DNA from: Octopus bimaculoides | Taxonomy: Eukaryota | Reading direction: 5' to 3' | Assembly (NCBI RefSeq): GCF_001194135.2 | Contig: NC_068984.1 | Location: 60,729,854 to 60,793,853, forward strand | DNA: 64,000 bases | Part shown: piece after piece, positions 39,313-51,019 of the stretch | How positions within the stretch are numbered: the first letter of the stretch is position 1 | How the letters are laid out: each line of letters begins with the position of its first letter | Translations under genes and position numbers: made by a program | Notes under the pieces: generated by a model | What the model saw: only the letters and a program-made list of their open reading frames with translations | The model's database searches: none | What the model was told of the DNA's origin: nothing

Positions 39313-40895
39313 TATAGGCTGGAAACATTACAGGCAGTACATGGATTTACCAAAGAAATAAACATGAAATTTGGTTTAGAAAAATGTAGCAAAGCAAACT
39401 TGAAAAGAGGAAAACTAGTTAGGAGTAGCAACATCACACTAGATAAAGCAAATGAAATAAGAGAATTAGACCAAAGCCAGACATACAAATGCTTAGGAAT
39501 CAAAGAACTAGATATGATACAACACACAAATGAAAGAGAAAATAGAAAAAGAATACTATAGATGAGTTAGATTAATACTGAAAAGAGAGCTCAATGTGAA
39601 AAACAAAATAATAGGTATCAACACTCTAGCTGTCCCAGTTATAAGTTACAGCTACAATATCCTTAATTGGACACTAAATGAACTAATCAAAATAGACAGG
39701 AAAACAAGAAAAATAATGACAGGATTTTGGATGCACCACCCAAAATCTGACATAGAAAGGTTATATATACACCATATCAAAGGTAGTAGAGGCCTTATAC
39801 AGCTAGAAGACTATTATAAAATAACCATCATAGGACTACAAAAATGCCTACTTCAGAAGCAAAGGAAACTAATACAAATAGCTACAAAACACAAACAAAG
39901 CAAAAACTGTTTTCAGTCTTCAAGGAAGTTGACAAATGCAAAAATGAAGTCATACTACCTAACAACTATGAAGAAAAAAGAAGAAACAACAAAAGCTGTA
40001 AAACAAATGAAATCCAAGCTAAAACTGGAACAGCAATAGATCATGATAAAACAATAGCATGAAAAGCCTCTTCATGGCAAATACTGGGTTTAACTAAACT
40101 CAAAAGAAATAGACAAAGCAAAATCTCATCAATGGCTGAGAAGCTTAGGACTCAAAGCAGAGACTGAAAGATTTTTAATTGCAGCACAAGACCAAAGCCT
40201 CCCCACCAGAAATTACTCAAAACATATACTGATAAGAAACATAATAAGTAACTGCAGAATATGTGAAGATGGACAAGAAACAATAAACCATATTGTCTCT
40301 GGCTGCCCATTCCTGGATAAGAAGGAATATATTCAAAGACACAACAGAGCTGGGACTTACATACATTGGAAGCTATGCCAAAACTATGGAATAACAACAG
40401 AAAAAAAATGGTATAAGCACATGCCAGAAAAGGTTACAGAAAATGAGAAAGCAACCATACTCTGGGATATGCCAATACACACAGATTGAGAAATTAAGGC
40501 CAATAGGCTGCATATAGTTGTCAGAGATCATCAAGAAAAACATGCTTTCTAATTGATGTATCAATACCAACGGATGACAACATTTCTCTAAAAGAAATGG
40601 AGAAACTTTCAAAATACAAAGACCTGGAAATAGAGGTAACTTGAATGTGGAGTCTAAAAACAGAAATTCCTATCATAATAGGTGTCTTAGGTATGATAAA
40701 AAAATATTCAGACAAATTATAGCAAAAACACCAGGACTAACAAATATATATAACATTCAGAAACTAGCACTACTAGGCACCACACACATCCTATGTAAAA
40801 CACTTTCAATACAGTAACAATAAGAACATCACAAAAGCACATACCCAAGGCACACACAGTTGTGCTCGGTAATGCAGTGAAAGCACATGAAAAAA
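39313..40895 (+). mobile_element. 5'-truncated RLE-type non-LTR retrotransposon (R4/Dong-like), copy 2
   Basis: Same RT C-terminus (ORF 39596-40039), 'CRICEDGQETINHIVSGC' zinc knuckle and a PD-(D/E)xK-type region 'ILWDMPIHTD..IVVRDHQEKTCFLIDVSIPTDDN..KEMEKLSKYKDLEIE'. The 3' UTR matches copy 1. Confidence 0.92.
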
Positions 40896-40914
40896 ATAAG
40901 ACTACTGAATGATA

Positions 40915-41330
40915 ATTATAGTAAACTTAGGAGAGACAAACAAAAGTGCCTAATAACTGACGTGGCAGTACCAGGAGATCAACATATCATCATAAAAGAA
41001 GGAGGAAAGGTTGATAAATATGGAGACCTGAGAATTGAGATTGCTAAGATGTGGCAGCTACGAGAGTCAAACATAAAAGTCATCCTTATTGTCTTTGGAG
41101 CATTGGTTTCAATACCACCCAATCGGAAAAAAAAAACACCTTAAAACTTTAGAAAGACCCTACAATCTACGTGTATAACAAATGTTGGCATTATTTGGAA
41201 CTGCACGCATATTGTGTAAAGTACTGTCTGTCTGAGATTCTTGTTGTGACTAGACAAACACTACAAATCCCCTGTAGACACAATATCTTCAATCAACAAC
41301 ATCACGATATTGTGTGACGTCTATAATAAT
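40915..41330 (+). mobile_element. 3' fragment of a second RLE-LINE subfamily
   Basis: 'KCLITDVAVPGDQHIIIKEGGKVDKYGDLRIEIAKMWQL..KVILIVFGAL' followed by a 3' UTR ending in (AAT)n. Confidence 0.8.
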
Positions 41331-41344
41331 AATAATAATGATAA

Positions 41345-41572
41345 TAATAAATAAGAGTTTCAAATTTTGGCACAAGGCCAGTAATTTCATAGGAGTGGGG
41401 GCAAGTAAATTACATTGACTCCAGTGCTTGACTGGTACTTAATTTATCAACCCCAAATGGATGAAAGGCAAAGTCAGCCTGAATGGAATTTGAACTCAAA
41501 ATGTAAAGATGGATGAAATGCCACTAAGCATTTTGTCTGTCATGCTAATGATTCTGCCAGCTTTCCACCTTA
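41345..41572 (-). mobile_element. SINE B within an (AAT)n tract (others at 37640-37910, 42915-43135 and 57640-57845, all minus)
   Basis: Reverse-complement match to 22025-22248, flanked by aataat repeats. Confidence 0.85.
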
Positions 41573-41594
41573 GATAATAATAATAATAATAATG

Positions 41595-41634
<40 letters not shown>

Positions 41635-41635
<1 letters not shown>

Positions 41636-41912
41636 CGAATTACTAGTATGGGAAATAAAATATCTGTGGGCAATGGAAAAGGTTGAGGTGGTCCCAGTTG
41701 TGGCTAGGGCACTTGGTACGGTGAGGACCAGAACTGAAATCTATTTTAAAAAAATACGGGACAACATTAGAGTGGGGCACTAACAGAAAACAACATTCCT
41801 TGGAATTGCTAGAATACTTAGAAAAGTGCTTGACAATGGAAGATGCAACTGCAGTTAACTGGTTGTGGACAATTGGCAACAATATTACCACCAGCAACAA
41901 ACGCTCTGTGAC
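41635..41912 (+). mobile_element. 3' fragment of an RLE-LINE (third subfamily)
   Basis: 'EIKYLWAMEKVEVVPVVARALGTV..QKTTFLGIARILRKVL'; (AAT)n tracts on both sides. Confidence 0.75.
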
Positions 41913-41951
41913 ACGAATAATAATAATATAATAATAATAATTATAATAATG

Positions 41952-42010
<59 letters not shown>

Positions 42011-42186
42011 CATGATGATAATATGTGTGTTTGTGTGTGCATGTATACACACACAATAAAATAAGTGTATAGTATAACAGAAGACACATATTTGAGAAGC
42101 CATGTTGTAAAACTTCTTGTTTGTGAAGCAAATTTCTTTTCAACTACAGCAAACCATGTGACTATTTACAAATATAATTTTGTTAA

Positions 42187-42390
42187 CCCTTTCGTTACTG
42201 CATTTATTTTGAGATGGTCTGTGTTTCTTTTAATTACTTTAAATATAACAAAGAATTTAGTAAAAATAACTTAGTTAGGAACATAAATTGTGACTAAGGT
42301 TTGGTGGAAGATTTTAATTGAAAACTTATGAAAACAAGACATCTGTACTCAGAGCCAGAGCTGGTTTCAGCCGGGTTGGTGATGAAAGGG
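42187..42390. mobile_element. piggyBac-type MITE (204 bp)
   Basis: TTAA|CCCTTTCGTTAC ... GTGATGAAAGGG|TTAA. Confidence 0.85.
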
Positions 42391-42619
42391 TTAATATATC
42401 AAATATGTCTAACTAAGATATATGGTGACATTTTAAAGAAAAGTGTAGCTAATCTAATCCAGTCAATAATATTACCGCCAAGAGATAAATTTATGGAACA
42501 AGGAGAATGAAAGACAAAGTTGACATCATCAGGATATGATATGAACACAGAATGAAAAATCATTGGATCAAGACCTGCAAGATATTTTGTTCTGTACTCA
42601 AATGATAATATTAACCAGG

Positions 42620-42687
<68 letters not shown>

Positions 42688-42910
42688 TGTTGGAGCTCTG
42701 GGAACAGTGAGTAAAAACCTTGAGAAGTACATGGAACAGATAGGGGCTGCAATAAGAGTGGAGCACTTGCAGAAAACAACACTGCTTGGAACTACTTGAA
42801 TACTCCAGATGGTGCTCAAAAAATAAGGGGTGTTACCTTAGTTCACTGGTAGTGAACAGCTGGCACCATAGTACATCTCCAGTGATAGAAGCTGTGCAAA
42901 GACAATAAAT
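42688..42910 (+). mobile_element. 3' fragment of an RLE-LINE
   Basis: 'IVGALGTVSKNLEKYMEQIGAAIRVEHLQKTTLLGT', directly after an (AAT)n tract and ending in aataat. Confidence 0.75.
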
Positions 42911-43139
42911 AATAATTATAATAATCCTGTCTACTATAGGCACAAGCCCTGAAATTTTGCAGGAGAGTGTTACTTGATTACATTGTCCCCAGCACTCAAC
43001 TGCTACTTATTTTATCTACCCCAAAAGGATGAATGGCAAAGTTGACCTCAACAGAGTTTGAACTCAGAACGTTAAGACATGAAATACTGCTAAGCATTTT
43101 GCCCAGCATTCTAACAGTTCTGCTAGTTTGCCACCAAAA

Positions 43140-43280
43140 ATCAGCCTTACTTGGAACTGCATGCATATTGTGTAAAGTACTGTCTGTCTGAGGTCCTTGT
43201 TGTAAGTTGACAGACAGTACAAACCCCTGGTAGATGCAATATCTTTAATCATGCTATTGGATGCTGTGTAACAGCTTAAA
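43140..43280 (+). mobile_element. Extreme 3' end of RLE-LINE subfamily 2
   Basis: Matches 41190-41330 (ttggaactgca..gcatattgtgtaaagtactgtctgtctgag..) and ends in aataataat. Confidence 0.7.
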
Positions 43281-43341
43281 TAATAATAATATCATCATTG
43301 TCAATGACAGCAACAAGGAAAGTTAGAAGCAAATAATAATA

Positions 43342-43399
<58 letters not shown>

Positions 43400-43625
43400 C
43401 AATGATAATATTAATAATAATATCATCATTGTCAACAACAGCAACAAGAAAATAGAAACCAATGATAATGATGATGATAATAATAATAATGATGATGATA
43501 ATAATAATAATAATAATATTAATAATAATAATAGTAATAATAATATTAATAATAATAATAGTAATAATAATATTAATAATAATAATAGTAATAATAATAA
43601 TAATATACGTAAAATAATAATAGTA
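43270..43625 (+). repeat. Long degenerate (AAT)n microsatellite; other tracts at 37351-37430, 37926-37960, 39266-39312, 41572-41634, 41913-42020 and 42620-42687; (ATT)n at 495-555
   Basis: Direct reading. Confidence 0.95.
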
Positions 43626-43659
43626 ATATTTAGTAACTGTTATCTTTCTCTAACATAAA

Positions 43660-44200
43660 CTTACTTGTGTATTGTTTTGAGACTTCAACTGCTTCACCAA
43701 ATAAATATGCTGACTACCTATACCTACCAACCGCCATCGCCGAAAGAAATTGTGTAGCTTGCAAATCATTTTACTTGAAATTGTATGTGTCGGCTAAAAT
43801 AGATTGTAAAATAGTTGTTGGGACTAAGAAGATTTACAGTCATGTATATTCATCCTATTAAATGTAACTGGCCTCGGGGCAAGTTAAAGAAATGACTTTG
43901 GAGAGTAATTGTCGGTTACAAGCCGAGGAAATTGCTATGTCGCTAGAACAAGCCTCTGACACTTAAAATACTTCTCAGCGTGGAATAGTAAATAAGGGAA
44001 AAAGAGAAAGAGATTAAAATGGCAATATGATGCTCGGTACTTCGATATTTTGGCTCAATTGGTTTAAGGCTAATAGAACCATTTTGGAGAGTAAAATATT
44101 CATTGCCTCCAACTGTGATATTTAGATTCTTCAAAGAAAAACTCTGTTCTGCTATAGGAATTAACTTTCTTTCTAGCTGTCTAAGAATTAAGGTCATTTG
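43660..44200. promoter_or_regulatory. CpG-retaining unique island, candidate promoter/first exon of a minus-strand gene
   Basis: Unique sequence with many CG dinucleotides in a CpG-depleted window. Minus strand reads tttctttcggcgATGGCGGTTG|gtaggt (ATG 43737-43735), with a second donor gtaagt after 43665. Confidence 0.4.
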
Positions 44201-45331
44201 AATCTAAATAGATTCAAGAGTCAAGCTTTTTTTAAACTTGTTTACTTTATGATTTTCTTTTTGTTTTTTTTTATATTTTTTCATAGGCTGCATTTTGTTG
44301 CAAAATGTAATTTTTTCTTCAAGAAAGTGAGTGAAAAAGTATATAAAAAGTATTAAAAAAATACAGATAGACAAGAAAACAATTATATTAATTTTCCAGT
44401 TACTCACTTTACAGATCAGGGGAACTTTCTAAAATTACCCTTGTATATAGTGAATATGGTTTTTTTTTGCTTTATATTTTATATTTTTAATCACAATTAT
44501 ATCAAAAGACAGTATATTTTCATGTTTCTGTCATCTCTGTAAACAGAACAGCTAATAGTGCTTCTGATTCCCAAGGAATGGCCTAGAAATATTGCAACAA
44601 TGTTGTCTGTTTCTGATTTATGCATAGAGTTACAAATTAAGTAATTGAAAATTAGATTAAATCAAGATCCTTTTAGACCTCTATATTGCTAAATCCTTTG
44701 CACAGTCTTACCTGAGCAGTTAAATACTTTAATAGTAAATATACACCAGACTGGGAAAACTGTAATTGTAACAATGAAACCTTTATGTGGTTATTCAATG
44801 TCTTAAAAATAGAAGCCAAATTTACCTAAAATTACAGCCTACTGTCTTGCAATAGGCAAGAACACATTAGATAATGTCACCGTACATACACAATAAAAAG
44901 ACCAGATGATCATGGCTGTGATACTTTGGAACATTTGTTTGTTCAATAGCTGCTTACTTGGGGTTAAACAATGAATGTAATTATGTGTTCCTGACTGAAA
45001 TTATATTATAGTTTCCTTTGTGAATGAATACACTTTGAAATATAATATGCTAACACCCACACACCTGAGCCAACAAAGGGAGCCACTCCATACTTGCTCT
45101 ACTTCTTAAAAATAATAACCAAATATCCCTCAGATCATGCCCCTAGTCTAAATAGTCCAAAGTTTCCACCACAAAGGTGAAATATGGGATGGTCTAGGTT
45201 GGCATGGTTTTAATCATCGATGTGCTTGGTCAGAACTGACATGATGTTAAACAACAAAAACAGCTCTCACACAACAATAGTAATATAATAATACTCCTAT
45301 AATTCAGAAGTACTAATTGGTTGAATAGTGA

Positions 45332-45650
45332 TGATGTATGGTTTAGTGGTTAAGGCTCTCAACTGTAAGGCCATGAATTCAATTCCCAGTGATGCATTGT
45401 GTCCTTGAGCAAGACACTTTATTTCACATTGATCCATTTCATTCAGCTGGCAAAAATGAGTTGTACCTGTATTTCAAAGGGTCAGTCTTCTTACATTGCG
45501 TCATGCTAAATCTCCCTGAGAATTACGTTAAAGGTATGTGTGTCTGTGGGAGTCCTCAGCCACTTGCTCGTAAATTTCATGGGCAGGATGTTCCATCAAT
45601 TGGATCAACTGGAACCCTCACTGTCATAACCAACGGAGTGCTAATTGGTT
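45332..45650 (+). mobile_element. SINE sharing the family D 3' half but with a different central domain
   Basis: Head tggtttagtggttaagg..ttcaattcc, then gtgtccttgagcaagacacttt. The 3' half matches the reverse complement of 13128-13300. Confidence 0.8.
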
Positions 45651-47522
45651 GAATACCAGTTATGAATTATACATTAAAGAATGTAGTTCTAGATGTGATA
45701 TACTTGAAAATAAGATGATATGGTCATGATTGGAAAGTCTTTAATCATCAGGATGAAAGAAAACTTGTGAAGAGCTATGGAACCACATGGCATTAAACTT
45801 CTCAGGGGAGCTCAAAGCTTGTCAACAGATAATGGGAAAATGTTGAAGAAATACTGTCTGATGCACTTTAACAGGATGGATTGTGTGAAAACTAGTTATT
45901 GTGTAGAGCTTAGTCAGCTTTCACTGAGCAGACTAATGATGAAAAGAATTTAAAACACAATTATCTTTGTCATCATAGTTGTCATCATCACAGTCACTGC
46001 CACAGGAAAATGAGAGAGAAGAGAAGGAGAAGAAAGAGAAGATGGCAAAGATCTGCTTTTGTTTTTTCAGTAATAGTACATCCCAAAGTTGATCCAGTAT
46101 GAGCACGTGTTTAAGAAGTTCACTTTGCAAGTATGACAGTCTGGGTTCAATCCCACAGTGTGGTATCTTGGGGTCAATGTAAGTATTTGTTGCTTCAAGT
46201 TGACCATTACCATGTGAATGTAATTTGTCAAATGGAAACTGTATAGAATCCTGTCAGATGGATTGTACATGTAATTCTAAAGGTGCAATTTTGTTATACA
46301 TTCTGTTACACTGATTCTGACTGAGAATTATGCTAAGGCTTCAAGTGTTTAGGAAATCTGAATTGTTATTTTCAGATGACTAAGATTCAGTAAGACCAAC
46401 ACCAGAACCACCATCACCATCACCATCACTGTACCCCAGGTGATGTATCCTTTTTCAAGGTTGTAGAGTATGATTTAAGAGTGATTTGACTGCTATTTCA
46501 TACAAGTTTTAATTATCTAGAGACAAGAGAATACAGGAAGCTAGTCACATTACTCCAGGCAATGTGTTGTGTGAGGGAGCCCATTAAGAGGGTGTATTAC
46601 CTGCAAACCATGGAATAGGCCAAGATGCTTTTAAGCAAAGCAAGTTCTCTTAAAGTTCTTATAGACATTCTTGTATTGATTTTTATCTGTTAGTAATATA
46701 AGGTGTAGATACCCACATAAAAAAAGCACATGATCTGGAAAAACTTGCTGAAGAGAATTGAAAGTGCAAAAAGATGTTTTTAGTGATCTGAATTTGACCC
46801 CACCCCCAATCTTCTCTATAGGACAAATAATGCTTACATACATATAATAAATTATATCACATCTTTTGTGAAATAGTGTATATGGATTTTTAAAATAGCC
46901 ACCGCAGATCCATACATTTTCGGCACAGTGTAGTTGATTTAATCAAACCCAAGGTGATTTAATAAAACCTAGAAAATAATGAATTTAGAGACAAGTGCGT
47001 TGAGATAGATGTTCTCAATGCAGAATGAGATATAATTGAATAGCTGGTGACAGCTGGAGTAGTTTGAAGAGTGGCAGAGATATTGCTTGAATTGAAAGAA
47101 TGAGGAAGAAAAACTTTGATCTGAAATAACTGGAAGTTTTTGTTATTGATAGCCATCTGGATATCAGTAACTTGATTTTATAGATTGTCAAAGCTGTCAC
47201 TAAGTGATAGACCAGAATGAGAAACTAGCATCCTATCCATGAATAAAGTTGGATTTCCAGTTGATAATAATACAAAAATGTGAATGGGGATTTTTTTTTC
47301 CCAAAAAATTTGAAACCAATATTCTTCTGCTATGGATTGCCTGGTAAAAAAAAGAAAAAAGGAAAAGATTTTAAAAAGTGAGGAATTCACCCTTGTACAT
47401 GTTTACAAACAAACACTTACACACTCACACACTTATATACATACATACATATATACATACATGCATACATACATACATACATACATACATACAAGAGACC
47501 AAAGTGTATGTACGCTGCCATA

Positions 47523-47881
47523 TGTATATAAAAAAGAATAGAAAAGTGGGACAAGAACGCAAAACATTGAAACAACTGATAAAAAAAAGGGACAAGACAA
47601 AACAAGGATGGGTCATTCAAAGTTTTCTTTCCTCAGTCAAGTTCCTGATTATCTTTGCAATTTCGGCTGGTTATACTTGAGATTTCTCCAGATAAATTAG
47701 TTTTTCCTTGGGGCTGGCCAGATTGGAGCAATCTTGAGTATAACCAGTCGAAATTGCAAAGATTATCTGGAAAGAAAACTCTGAATGACCCATCCTGGTT
47801 TTATCTTGTTCCTTTTTTGTATCATCTAACTGTCTGGATGTTTTGCGTTCTTGTCCCATTTTGTATTCCTTTTTATATACA
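47523..47881. mobile_element. Foldback/MITE with about 165-bp imperfect inverted arms
   Basis: Arms tgtatataaaaaagaata..gggacaagaacgcaaaaca..gggtcattca..tttgcaatttcggctggttatac are mirrored at 47723-47881; the loop is about 32 nt. Confidence 0.8.
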
Positions 47882-49155
47882 AACATACATACATACATGT
47901 GTGTGTATGTATGTATGTATGTATGTATGTATGTATGTATGTATGTGTGTGTGTATGCATTGATATTTACCATATTTTGCAGAGAGGTTTTAATGCAACC
48001 CAGAATAATGCATAAATAAAAAATACTGGGTCTGGAGTCCCTAGAGATAAAACAGAAATGAGTAAAAAAGAGATATAGAGAGACTGAAAGTTGTAAAGGA
48101 GTGTTAGTGTGTGCTACAGAAACGGTCAGTTCAACATGGCAAAACTCCATAGTTTTCTTTCTCAACAAGGGTCTGAGACAGTCTTTCACAGCTTCTGAAG
48201 GTAAACTGGTAAGTCTATGTTTTCTTCGTCTTTAGTTCTATGTCACATGATCACAGGTCATGCTCAGTAGACATATTTTCATCAAAATATTTTACTACAG
48301 AACTAAGAAATATTGTCTGCTCGTAGACAATGCTCTTGCTGAATAAATCATTTTTTGGCTAGAATTGCTTCGAACAAAATCATCAACATTGTCCAAGGGA
48401 AGGTGAAATCAAAGGCAGCATTTTGAGATACTATATTAGTTATTCTATATATTGCTGGCTGGGAGTTGAATCACTGCTATCTCTAGCAGTTAAGTGTCTA
48501 TCATTGACAAGACCAAGGAAGATCAAAATCATATGATCTGGTAGTCTTGGTGCTGGAAATAGCTGGGATTTATCTCCCTGCTAGTGATATACACAAGAGT
48601 GTATTTTGCATCTAAAATCCAATATGAGAGTTTCTCTCATGGTATCTATGGCAGTATAGTTTGTTCTAACAAAACATCCACATTTAAGTAGAGATAAATA
48701 TTACCTCCAAGTATTAATACTGCCTCTGTCACTAATACACACTATATTAGTTTGAGTGAGCAAATGTGTGTGTATGTATGTGTGTACTTGTGTGAGCATA
48801 TGTTATGATGGTGTCCACTAAGTGAGCATGGTATTGAGCAGAATATTTGCTTTAACGATATTTCTGCTTCAATGCTGAATCCGTTTGAAATGTAATGGAA
48901 AATGGGCCAGTTTCAAAACATTGATGTCCAGGACACAAAAGCAAAGTTTAAAGGAAATAGTAGTTATTTCCTTTGATTTGTAGATAGAAACAAAGAGGAA
49001 ATAACACTTACTGACCAAAAAAAAAAAATGTTACACTGTGTTTCCAAAGTCAAAGGACCCATACACAAACCGAAGTAAGATATTTGTCTTGGCAGTGTTA
49101 AGTGAGTTTTGTAACAGAGGAACTTTGTCCTAGAGACATACCATAATGAATTCAA

Positions 49156-49353
49156 CCCTTTAGCATTTAAACTAGACATATCTGGTCCAAATAGTCTGCC
49201 AGCTTTATGTTCAAAGTGGCCAGATATGTCTTCTCAAATCTACAATATAATGTCATTCTAAAATATTGAAACTACAAGATAATGCATGGTTAATTCAAAA
49301 CAATGGGAATAAATAAGAATTTTATTTAACAAAGTAAGCTGGATGCTAAAGGG
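49156..49353. mobile_element. piggyBac-type MITE (198 bp), second family
   Basis: tcaa|CCCTTTAGCAT ... ATGCTAAAGGG|TTAA; the interior matches 2855-3043 in reverse orientation. Confidence 0.8.
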
Positions 49354-50084
49354 TTAAAGCATATCATCTGGACACCAGCTAAGAATTTCTAAGATTATAG
49401 ATATTTGTCAACTCTACACATCCTTTTGACAGTTATTGCATTTGTGCTACTGAGTTTCTAGCTCCACTCCTCAGTAGGCTAGTTTGCCAGTCGTGGAAGT
49501 GGTGGTGGTGCCACTTTAGTTGACCATACAAGAAGATTTACTGAATTACTTGTTACCAGCAGCCTTCACAGAGTGACCTGTATTCTATAAAGTGTTACAT
49601 GCACAGAAAAAGGATAGATTTATAGAAGCTAGAATTTTATTTATAATCCTGATAAAGTATTACTGCATCTGTCATTGCAAGTGCTCTTTGCTTTTAGATT
49701 ATTTTTATTAGAGCAATATAAAACCTGATTACTATTGGACTAAGTAAGTCATAAGTAAACTGAACTTAATTTTAGTCTGTTTTTAGACCTAAATCAACTG
49801 CCTTGTTTGACACTGCCACCTAGATCTTAAATGATTTTGGAAGAGTTCACTCTGTTGCAGGTATTTAGGCCAAATTTTCAATCTGAGACCTCTCCATGTA
49901 CTCTGCTTTCTCCTGCTAACCATTAAAAATATTGCAGGCCTATTCGGAATATTTTGCATACAGAATGATGACAGTAGTATTGTAGTCTTTGAAAAGGGTG
50001 ATAGAATTGATATTATGATGTCAAAATAACTGTGATGTCTAGTTATGTCCCTTTGTTTCAAAGTGCCAATTCCACTTTAATTCC

Positions 50085-50937
50085 ACTGTAAAAATTTGTA
50101 AAACTTTTCAGGCGTTTATCATTTAAGTATTTATATGCATGTCTAGACATGCAACTATATGTGTGAGAATACATACATAAGACAAAACATACAAATCTAT
50201 ACATGCACTGACTCTAAATTACTGCACATGTACACACATGCATGGAAAAATACCCTGTTGATGTTGTTGAAATTCGTTTCGTCATCTCATGGTCAATACT
50301 GAAGGTATTTAAACTGACAGCACTCCTCCCTCTAAATGCATGATTTGCGTGTTTATGTAAGACACACACACACATACATCCCTACCTATACAAATACCAA
50401 CATACATACATGCATACATAATACATCATCATTTAACGACTGCTTTCCATGCTGGCATGGGTTGGATGGTTTGACTGAGGACTGGCAAGCCAGGAGGCTG
50501 CATTAAGCTCCAACCTGTTCTAGCAAGGTTTCTACAGCTGGATGCCCTTCCTAATGCCAACCACTCTGAGAGTGTAGTGGGTGCTTTTTAAGTGCCACTG
50601 AAACAGGGGCCAGTCAGGTGGCACTGGTATACATACATGCATAAATATGTAATACACTGCCTAAGTACTAATCTTGAGAAATTAGGCTTCTCAAAATCAG
50701 AAAGGAGAAAGCTGATTTGAAGACTAAAGATCCAAGCCATCACTGGAACTGTAAAAATTTGTAAAACTTTTCAGGCGTTTATCATTTAAGTAGTTATGTG
50801 CATGTCTAGACATGCAAATATATGTGTGAGAATACATACATAAAACAAAACATACAAATCTATACATGCACTGACTCTAAATTACTGCACATGTACACAC
50901 ATGCATGGAAAAATACCCTGTTGATGTTGTTGAAATT
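50085..50937 (+). repeat. ~190-bp near-identical direct repeats (50085-50274, 50748-50937); diverged relative at 18255-18400
   Basis: actgtaaaaatttgtaaaacttttcaggcg...ccctgttgatgttgttgaaatt is repeated with few mismatches. Confidence 0.85.
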
Positions 50938-51019
50938 TCAATGAAAGAGCCTTGGGTATAGGTTAGAAGCTTACTCTTTCTTTATTAGCAAGAACTCTTG
51001 AAATAAAGCTGAATGATAA

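Noticed and set aside
43728-43737. MAVG start resembling ribosomal protein S3a (MAVGKNK)
   Set aside because: Only 10 nt; no downstream exon encoding KNKRL..DPF was found.
46980-47340. Protein-like broken frame (possible pogo-type DDE remnant)
   Set aside because: No diagnostic motif could be aligned with confidence.
49930-50030. dUTPase-like 'FEKGDRI' peptide
   Set aside because: A single short motif; the other dUTPase motifs are absent.
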